Assembly: GCA_029953675.1 (NCBI GenBank)
Contig: JAMWBK010000004.1
Coordinates: 1-64,000 of the forward strand
Direction of reading: 5' to 3'
Origin: Rhodosorus marinus CCMP1338
Lineage: Eukaryota; Plantae; Rhodophyta
DNA length: 64,000 bases
The position numbers and the translations under genes are program-made. Below are positions 30,184 through 39,728 of this stretch, piece by piece. Under the pieces are notes generated by a model, which saw only the letters and a program-made list of their open reading frames with translations, did not search any database and was not told the origin of the DNA. How positions within the stretch are numbered: the first letter of the stretch is position 1; the number at the start of each line of letters is the position of its first letter.

Positions 30184-31680
30184 TGTAAACTTTACTCGGC
30201 AACTGCCTAATGCAGCGCAACACTAATTCTATCAAGATCTAGGGAAAATGTGTGTGTTTAACCCCGTCTCCCGGGGTCGCTAGCTACGATAAAAAAGAAA
30301 AATAAGGGATCAGTGGCTGGTCCGACTGATCCACGCGCAGAGCCCCTAACGCGAGCTCTGCGTTCCCTGCCCAGAGTGTTCTGTTTAGTTGAGCCCGCAC
30401 GTTGCTCAACTCGTCCTGCTTAGTTAGCATGTGCCCACAGCCCTCACGGAGAAAGTCTTGGGTCATCTGCCCTGTTCTGCCGAAGGTTTCTATCGCAATC
30501 GGAATCAGTTTGTCATCTGGATGCTCTGTCGCCATCGCCTCCTTGTAGTGTGCAAGTTTCCAACGCTCGGCCTGTTTTGCTGCATAACCATTGTTGTCTT
30601 TGCTGTTGGCTAGGTGTCTCGCCTGTAGGGGTGACACCACCGTCACATCGATCGCAAATCGTTGCCAGGTTCGAGGGTGTATAGCTACCAAGTCAGGTCG
30701 TAGATTCGAGTTCGTGAAGTAGTCTGTAGGTTCTTGCTGAACATCTCTGAACTGCCATCTGTTAAGCCAGCGCCCCAGCTCAGTGCAGAGCTCATCATGT
30801 CGCCGTTGCCAGAGCCCAGTCGAGGTCTGACAATGATGGAATCTTTGTACACCGTTCGTACGGTGTGTACTATTACACGTAGTACACCTCTCCGTCGTCC
30901 GCAGTCCCGGAATCGGGAGACCCAGCAATTGTCGGATATTCAGGTGCATGCCTCTCCCACTCAATTTTCGGGGTCCGAATTGTGGCAAATCTCTTAGCCA
31001 GACGCCTGAACCTGCTCCTGCAGCGGAACGGATTCGGGCACGATGTTCCGGGTCGAGTAAGGGATCCGTGACCAGTCGGGTGAAAGCAGTAAGGTGTGCC
31101 TCTCTTGAGAGGGTCTGTTGTAAGGAACCTTGCTTCACCGCAGACTGGTCAGGGGGGGAATTTGCTGCAGGGGCAGCAGTCAGGTACGTGGGGTTGAGGA
31201 GCTGCCTTATTCGGGGGCTGGTTTCCGGTCTCAGTCTCCCCCTAATGGCTGTAGTTGCCACTAGGATTTGGGAGGGGAGGTCGTCAGTAGAGCGGTGTAG
31301 TGTCCTCGGGGGGTTGAGCAGCTGTGGTGTAGCTTCCTGGGTGCGTTCTAACAATTTTTGTAGGTGGGGCCAATAGCCCTTGTTAGCTGCAAAGGTTTGC
31401 ATCCAACCTGTGTAGAAAGAAATAGGTTGGATGCGCCTTCTAGTGCAGAATCCCAGTCCCCCCCATCGGCAGGGGAGTGCTACCTGCTTCCAAGCCGGGT
31501 GCGTTCCGTCAGGGTCGTCCGCATGGGCTGTTTGTAGACTGCCTAGTAGCCTTTCCAACTGTAGTCGTGTGTTGTAGTCCGCTTCTCGTGCTAAACTTCT
31601 GTCGTAGTGGTAAGCCACTGTCCTTAGGGTGTAGTCAAGTCTCGTTTCCGAGCAGTATCGGAACAGCGCCAGTTGTGTGT
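30184..31680 (-). mobile_element. Family D, second 5'-truncated copy
   Basis: Near-identical to 26696-28190; ORF 30284..31618. Confidence 0.92.
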
Positions 31681-31684
31681 AACC

Positions 31685-32571
31685 GCGTACACTTTACTGA
31701 AGAACTCCCTATTGGAGCCCATTAAGAAGCAATAAGGATCCTATTGGTCAGCAAAGAAACCCCTAATGGGTTGTGTGGCTACGTTCTAAGATAGGGACGA
31801 TGTCATAGTCTGCTTCGTCGACACGACGTGCCTGGGTGGCAAGGATAGCGTTTCCTTTCCACAAAGTGCGGTTCAAGATCGCCCGAGCCTCACTTACTTG
31901 CGTTGCCCGCTGATCCAGGTGTATAGTCGCTTCCTTGAGGAACTCACTCGCTTGTTGTCCCATCTGCCCAAATGTTTCCAGGCAGAAGGGGACGAAGATG
32001 TCGTCGTTATGTTCTCCGATACTGTCACGGTATTTGGACTCTTTAAACTTTTCCGCTTTCCGTGCCGCATACCCGGTCTCCCAAGACGCTTTGTGGAGGT
32101 GTGTTCTTTGCAAAGGCGAGGTCACCTTCACATCGATCACGTAGAGCTTGCCTGTTCGTGGGTGTCGGGCTAGAATGTCAGGCCGAAGCCGACTGCCTTG
32201 GTAGTGTCCGGTCGGTTCTATTGTCACTCCTAGTCGCCATTGTCTCAGCACTGTCGCCAGGGCGTCCCTGACCATGTTATGCCGAATTGTCCAACTGCCG
32301 GTAGAGCTGGTGCAGTGGTGAAGGCGTTGAATGCCTGCAGCGTCGTGTGGTTGGGAACATATCGTACACGTACTAAGTATTCGTACACCCGGCAGGGGTA
32401 ATCCCAACAGTTGTCGAAGGCTCAGGTTCAGTTCTCCGCTACTTAGGCCGCGTCCGTGTTTCCTTGGCAAGTCTCGCAGCCAAGTACCCCCTCCTGATCC
32501 CTTGCAGGAGCGTATTCGCGCACGTGCCGTCTCGCTGATCTCCGCGTTCTCCACCATTTCCTCGAATGCCC
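31685..32571 (-). mobile_element. Family B, 5'-truncated copy
   Basis: Near-identical to 3030-3915. Only GGTTAC remains at its 3' junction and CCCCAGACTAAC (32569-32580) at its 5' junction. Confidence 0.92.
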
Positions 32572-32862
32572 CAGACTAACGGCAGCAGGCATTCTGTTTT
32601 GAGGGGTATTCCAGATGCTGCTCCAATTATCTCAACCCAACACGGGAAATTGGACACGGCCTCGCCAGGCACATCCATAAGCATCTTGGGCGAAGCCAAG
32701 GTAACGTTACAACTGGGCGGTCACAGCTTCAACTGGCGACCTTACGTTGTAGAAGACGCCACAAGCCCAGGGTATCTGGGAAGATATTTCCTCCACAAAT
32801 ATAAGGCGCAACTCGATCTATCAAACCAGACGCTGACACTGAACCCCAACGAAGGAAATAAC

Positions 32863-33000
32863 CCAGAAAATCCTGAAGAACCAGAAAATCCTGAAGAACC
32901 AGAAAATCCCGAAGAACCAGAAAATCCCGAAGAACCAGAAAATCCCGAAGAACCAGAAAATCCCGAAGAACCAGAAAATCCTGAAGAACCAGAAAATCAA
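32863..33000 (+). repeat. 18-bp coding tandem repeat (PENPEE) x7 plus a partial unit
   Basis: CCAGAAAATCCYGAAGAA repeats. Confidence 0.9.
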
Positions 33001-35207
33001 CCAGAAGCAGCTGAATGTTCTGCTGCTCACCTTGAACACAACCCTGAAAACCCGGAGAATTACAATGAAGAAGAACCTGAACAAAACCCTGAAGCCGAAC
33101 CTGAACAAAACCCTGAAGTAGAACCTGAACAACCCGACAAACAACCTGACCACCCAGAACCTGAAAATTATATGGAGGAAAACCTAGACAACTACACAGA
33201 AGGAAACCTTGAAAAGCACCTTGAAGACATTACTGAAAAAGGGGTTGTGCAGAACCAGAAAAATGTAACGAATCAAACGAAGTTGGTCAGAGGTGAAACA
33301 TTGGAGGAACCCGAAATCAAAAATATAACGAAATTTACACAAAAACGACTGGAAGAGGCGAAAGATCTGGGGGAATTTATTACGGATAAATACGAACGAA
33401 CGATAAATACGGTGACGTTTTTGTGGAAGACTTTAAGAACCTGGCCCCTTGGCGAAACGTCAACTTTACAATTGATCTGAAACCGGGAACTGAACCAACA
33501 TCCCAAAGACCATACCGAATGAGTCTTGCAGATCAGAAGGATCTGAAAACTCAACTACAAGATTTGCTGAGCAAAAAACTCGTTCGACCTAGCTCGTCGC
33601 CTTTTGCTTCACCCTGTCTTTTTGTGGACAAAAAAGATGGTGGGCGGCGATTGTGCATCGATTACCGCAAACTGAACCAGGCAACCATCGTCAACAAGAA
33701 CAGCCCGCCAAGAATAGACGATTGTCTAGATGCTCTCGGCAAAGCCACATATCTCAGTGTGATCGATTTGAGGAGTGGTTACTGGCAACTACGCGTGGAG
33801 GAGAAGGACATTCCAAAAACAGCGTTCACGACGCCATTTGGTCTTTACGAGTGGTTAGTGATGCCGTTTGGTCTCACAAACGCTCCTGCGGTGTTTACTC
33901 GATTGCTCAACAGCATCTTCTTCGATGAGTTGAATGACTTCGTCACTATCTTCTTTGACGATATCATTATATACTCTTCGAATATGGCTGACCACAAGCA
34001 GCACCTAGCCAAAGTTTTTACGAAGTTACGAGCTAACAAGCTGTATACAAAGCGATCGAAGTGCGTATTCGGAGTGCCGGAGACTAAGTATCTGGGACAT
34101 ATAGTAGGCAGTGGACAACGCCAACCCGATCCCAGCAAGGTTGCCGCCTTAACGAATTGGGGGATTCCGCGGCATGTACATGACGTAAGGTCTTTTCTGG
34201 GTTTCACTGGATATCTACGAAGCTACGTGCCCAAATTTAGCCTGGTAGCAGCACCCCTTACCAACCTCACGAGGAAAGACGTGGATTTTCAGTGGGGACC
34301 GGAGCAGCAGAAAGCATTTGACACCCTGCGGGAGAAATTGATGCAGCAGCCAGTACTACGAAATCCGGATTTTACAAAAACCTTCACAATTTGTACTGAT
34401 GCCAGCAACAAGGGAGTAGGGGCTGTGTTGTTGCAAACCTTTGAAGATGGAGAACATCCAATTGCGTACTTCTCACAGCGATTCACCACTACGGAGGAAA
34501 AATATTCAACATACGAACGAGAGTTATACGCGTTGACCCTGGCAATACTACACTGGCGGACATATATAGAGGCGCAACGCTTCGTGCTTCGCACCGACCA
34601 TAACCCTTTGCGTTTTCTACACTCGCAAAAGGAGCTTACCAAGAGACAGGCGAGATATGTGAATCGCTTAATGCCGTTTTCCTTCGATATCGAATGCAAG
34701 AAAGGGCGGAAAATATTGCGGACCCACTCAGCCGGGGAGCAATCAACCAGTTGGCGATGTACAGCGTTCTACCTTATGAAAACTGGTCGGAAGCCTACGC
34801 ACAGGACCCTGACTTCGAAGCAATTCATCTGGAAGCTAACAAATATGTGGAACAAGGGTTCCGGAAGAAGCAAGACATATTGTTCAGGCACAATCGAGTA
34901 TGTGTGCCCCAGAAATTCGTACCGGACTTACTACGGCGATATCATGAGGAACCCACGGGAGGACATTTCGGTCTTCATAAAACAGTCAACCTTTTGAAGA
35001 GACGTTGTTATTGGCGCACAATGAGGGATGACGTTCAATCAATGGTTGGAAAGTGCGAAATCTGCCAAAAGCAGAAACCACTCCGGGCATCACAAGGATT
35101 TCTACGGCCGCTACCTGTACCAGAAACAAAGTTGCAGGACATCACCATGGATTTCATCGTTAGTCTTCCCATGACTACATCGGGAGCTGATGCAATCCTA
35201 GTAATTG

Positions 35208-35435
35208 GTTTAGAGTGGTTGCGGAAATGTTTTGCTGAGCATCCTACTGAATATTTGGCGCTCTTGAGGCGTTTAAGTGTCTCCCTTTGGCGATATTCCA
35301 GCGACATGCTTTCCGAAGCGCGCTATCGGCGCCTGGGGTTGCATGCTTCCCTCCCTAGTTATTACTTCATCTTCACGCCTTGCGTAGCGCTTCAGGCTAT
35401 GCTAGTAAAGTTGCTAGTAAAGTCCAGTAAAGTCC
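35208..35435 (+). mobile_element. Family F 3'-terminal insertion in the Gypsy integrase, with 8-bp TSD AGTAATTG
   Basis: Removing it restores DAILVIVDRFTK. TSD at 35200-35207 and 35436-35443. Confidence 0.9.
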
Positions 35436-36482
35436 AGTAATTGTCGATCGCTTCACAAAATATTCGAAATTTATACCAACCCGGACGCACGCAGATGCGG
35501 CGAAAACGGCAGAATTACTCTTCGAACACTGGGTACGGTTCGCGGGATTACCCCGAACCATAATTTCAGACCGGGATTCTAAGTTCACCAGCCTATTCTG
35601 GCAACGACTGATGGGAATACTTAAGGTCAGAACGAATTTGAGTACAGCCTATCACCCGCAAACGGACGGACAAACGGAGCGAGTCAATCAGACTTTGGAG
35701 ACATACCTCCGATGCAACAGTACCCGAACTACATGGGCCGCAGATCTTCCCATGGCGGAGTTGGTCTACAACACACAAATCTCGGAATCTACTAAGTACT
35801 CACCTTTTGAACTTTTGCACGGCCGAAACCCCGAGTTACCCGGAGCATTCATAGTACCACGTGCAGAGGGGAGCTACCACTTCACCATTACCCGAAGCAG
35901 CCGAAGCCTTGCTACGGCATCAGCAGGATCAATACATGGCAGCAAGGAACAACATGTTGTACGCAAAGCAAGTACAGAAAATCCGCTACGACGCGGGAAG
36001 GCGTGACCCTGAGTTTTTCCCTGACGAAATGGTGCTCTTATCAACCACGAACTTGCCGCTACGAGATCCCAAACCGTTCAGACCTCGATACATCGGACCC
36101 TTCAGAATCCAGCGTAAGGTGAACAATGTCGCTTATACCCTGCAGTTACCAACCGAAATGAAGGTACATCCAACGTTCCACGTTTCCCTGCTGAGGAAAT
36201 TTGTCGGTTCTCCCGACAACGTACAACCCGACATACCCGAGTTGGTAGCTGAAGTAGCGACTGGAGGCGAAATCGCATCCGTACTTGGTCATCGTATGAA
36301 ACCAGAGGGAACCAGCGAATATATTGTATACTTCGAGGGTGAAACTGTAGCTGATGCTCGATGGATTGCAGCTCACCAGTTGCCACACTCCTCTGCTACA
36401 AAAAGGCAAATTCGCTACTACATGAACTTTCATCGTGCTGCTGAATCTGCCCGACCCCGCACTTCTTCTTCGGTGGGAGGGA

Positions 36483-37203
36483 TGTGACGTCTCCACCTTC
36501 CAGCAATGTCCGGCTATGCAAAATTATGCTCCGGCTGTGCCAAAATCTCTGGAGGTGCAACACCCTTTTGAGTTTAGTAGTTATTGCACATCCCGATGGA
36601 GCAAGAGTATAAGTACGATGGGCAAACTCGATATTTCCCAGGTTAGCTGGAGAAAAAAGAAGGAAGAGAGAAGAAAAAGAACAAGATAGAATTGGGATAT
36701 ATTACCTAATTTGGGAATAATTAGGAGGAAGTAAAAACTTGTTTTCTGAAATAGTGGGGCTGCTACCCAGCTGTTTATATGAAACGTGATACGCTCTCGA
36801 CTCTATAGGACAGTTGCCCCCATATACATAACGTTTTTGCGATGGGTGAGGAAAGGGCCATTAGGCTATATTTACTGAAATTTATCAAAAAGATATATAT
36901 AGCATAAATAGTAAATCGGCTCCCCCCACCAAGGATTCAAATGGGGACCGCAAGGGGGGTTTTTGGTAACCTCTGCGCAACCTTAGGCAAACGGAGGACA
37001 TTCTCGAGCTGCCTTGGACTGATAGATAGTGTAGGTTTTGCGCTGGCTACGTTGTATGTTCCGCGAACGACCCCAGGACGTCTGGATCGCCGCCTCCTCA
37101 CGGAGCTCTCTTCTGTGACCCTGTGGCGCTTGAATGCCTGCTTCATTTGTTTGACCCGCGTCAACCCGCGTCTTTGATTCTTCTCGCTTCTCAGAGTACG
37201 TCA
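36483..37203 (+). repeat. Putative 3' LTR of the Gypsy element (right boundary tentative)
   Basis: Starts TGTGACGT after the PPT. ACGTCA at 37198-37203 is a candidate inverted end. No second LTR is present to confirm. Confidence 0.4.
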
Positions 37204-37429
37204 GACTCTGAATAAAAGACGAAACGACGGGACGTTCTCGACCATATTTACAGAAGAGAAAACTTCGGTCGGTGAACCTTTTATACGATGGGCCTTGGCG
37301 ACGACCCCTTGGGCGGAGAGGTAGCTCGAGAAAAAAATTTCTATTTATAGAGAATCTAACGGATTCTCTGGGTCGAAAAACCCACGGTCGAAACGGGCTG
37401 CTTATATTAGCCCTTTTATTTTACTGGAA

Positions 37430-39130
37430 AACCGGTTTTATTAGCGTAGCCTAAAGCGCCACGCGAAGCGTTAGTCTGGGGTTGAAAAAAGAGCTAAGAA
37501 CTAGGTAGGGGAAGCGTGCAAACCCAGCCGCCGATGGCGCGCCTCGGCAAGTATTGCTAGAATATCGCCACAGGGAGACACTCAAACGGCGTAAGAGTCC
37601 CAAGTATTTCGTAGGATGCTCAGCGAAACATTTCCGCAACCACTCCAAACCCGACTTCTCCACGTGACCAAAGATTTCCACGATGAAAGCCTGGAACCCT
37701 CAGCGCAAGGCAAACTGGCCATACTCTCAGCATCTCAGAATATACTATATATAGAAATACGTGGGTTGTCCAAACGGGTGGAAACCCAATTTTTTTGAAT
37801 AAACGATGTTCCTGTAGTATATTTGTCCGTACACTCGCCTGTCAACAGGGGAGACACGGGTTCAATTGCCCGGCGGGATCGCTCTCTTCGATGCTGGAGA
37901 CGGGCGATCTTCGCCGTGCCTAGTCTTCGTTTTCTGCTCGGAGCCTTTTTTTTCTCTCAGTCTCCGACCTAAACAAATCGTCCGTAAAACACGGTAATAA
38001 CCACCACAAATCACGGCCCCACCGCGACGCTCTCCCCGTGGAGAGGGCCGAGGATAAGAGGATAAGTGAGGGGAGACCCGAAGACCAGATTTCTACGAAT
38101 GACTGTTGTGTCATAGGAGATGTGTTGAGCGCCTCCAGGAGTCTGAAGCGTGGAGGTTGAGTTTCAAGATAGGATCTGGCGAAGCGCTATTGGAATCTGG
38201 TCCACTAACATCCGAATCTAGTATGGAGTGGTGGTTTTATTGGTTGGTTTTTATTCGTTTTATTAGCGTAGCCTAAAGCGCCACGCAAAGCGTGAAAAGG
38301 AACTAAGAACTAGGTAGGGAAGCGTGCAAACCCAGGGGCCGATGGCGCGCCTCGGCAAGCTTGTTGCTGGAACATCGCCACCGAGAGACATTTATCTGGT
38401 TTTTACTGGTTTTTACTGGCTTTATTTGGCTTTATTTGGCTTTATTGGCATAGCCTAAAGCGCTACGCAAACCGTGGAAGGGAACTAAGAACTAGGTAGG
38501 GAAGCGTGTAAACCCAGGCGCCGATGGCGCGTCTCGGCAAGCATGCTGCTCGAATATCGCCACAGAGAGACACTTAAACGCCGCAAGAGTTCCAAGTATT
38601 CAACAGGATGCTCAGTGAAACTACAGTCTGGACTGTATGCAAACCACCGCTGTCAGGTAGAGTTTGTGTCTCCCTTGACGCACGTCGAGGGCAGTTTTAG
38701 GTCGAATCCATCGCCGCGTTGGGAATAGAGTTTCCTGGACACTGAATCTTTCTCAAGGAGCAGGTCCCACGATCTTCAGCAGCAAAGGCAGGGGAGGCTT
38801 TTTTTGCGCTGTCAACAGGATGGAAGCCATTGGTCTGCAAAATTTGTCGACCGTTTGATCTCTACCAGGGCACTTGAGCGTCGATAGATTGTTCAAAATT
38901 GACGTTGAGGTGCTGGAGTGTCCCTGCACCCTGTACGTTTGGAATTTCGTCTGGGGAATTCCTGGACGGGGGGTTTGGGTATTTTAGGACTGGACTTCAC
39001 TGGACTTTACTAGCACTTCCTGAAGCGCTACGCAAGGCGTGAAGATGAACTAATTACTAGTGAGGGAAGCATGCAACCCCAGGCGCCGATGGCGCGCCTC
39101 GGAAAGCATGTGGCTGGAATATCGCCAAAG
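37430..39130 (-). mobile_element. Cluster of four short family F 3' ends (37430-37720, 38230-38390, 38395-38620, 38990-39130)
   Basis: Each has the CCTRAAGCGCYACGCAA 3' UTR motif and a microsatellite-like tail. Confidence 0.8.
37808..37881 (+). pseudogene. Degenerate tRNA-Asp(GTC)-like sequence
   Basis: TAGTATA..GTAC D-arm, CTCGCCTGTCA anticodon arm, GGGTTCAATT T-loop, 6/7 acceptor pairs. D-loop GG is lost and the anticodon stem is broken. Confidence 0.5.
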
Positions 39131-39728
39131 AGCGTGCGTTGTGTTTGCGTGGTGCGATACGGTAGGTAGCTCCCGAGTAAAGCCTCGGGGTTCCTTTGCT
39201 TTTCGTTAGATCGTATATTCTGAATAGCTTTTTGATTAGGTCCAACTGTAATTGGCACAGTATAATATTTTCTAGGAAATACCTTTATGTCTAAAAAATC
39301 AAAACCACTCTTTACATTGCTGATTTGAAATAGCTAAACAGAACTTGGTACCCCAGCCTTTCTTAACCAGCGTGCAACAATATCCCGGTCTATATTAATT
39401 TGCTTTTGATTGCTGTAAAAGAGTAAGAAAGACTCACTGTGGCTTACATAGAAATGATGAAAAGTTCCATCCAGTCGCCCGGCGTGCTCCCATTCGGTGT
39501 TGGCGAAAAAAAAGCTTTTTGAATCAGATTCCGCATCAGAATCAGATGTGAATTCGTTATCAAGTCTGGGTCAAAGTCGCAATCGAGGGTCATGCATTTT
39601 GTACTTTTGTATTCATACTGGTCTTTGCTGGTCTTATTTATACTCGGCTTGGCTTGGCTCTAGACTTGGTGCTCGCTCAGGGCTGAACCTGGCATAGATG
39701 TCATCCGATCAATTGAGGAGGGGCCGGA

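Larger units (their letters stand above)
32581..36482 (+). mobile_element. pol: Ty3/Gypsy chromovirus pol (partial PR, RT, RNase H, integrase, chromodomain), frameshifted, lacking gag and 5' LTR
   Basis: IDLRSGYWQL, FFDDIIIYS, CTDASNKGVG, HEEPTGGH..CEIC, TAYHPQTDGQTERVN, RYIGPF and a chromodomain-like YIVYFEG..ARW. Polypurine tract GGTGGGAGGGA then TG at 36483. Confidence 0.92.

Noticed and set aside
32821-33153. Hydrophobic FFGIFW-repeat ORF, and the alternative-frame repeat ORFs at 17784-18233
   Set aside because: These are antisense or alternate-frame shadows of the 18-bp and 27-bp coding repeats.
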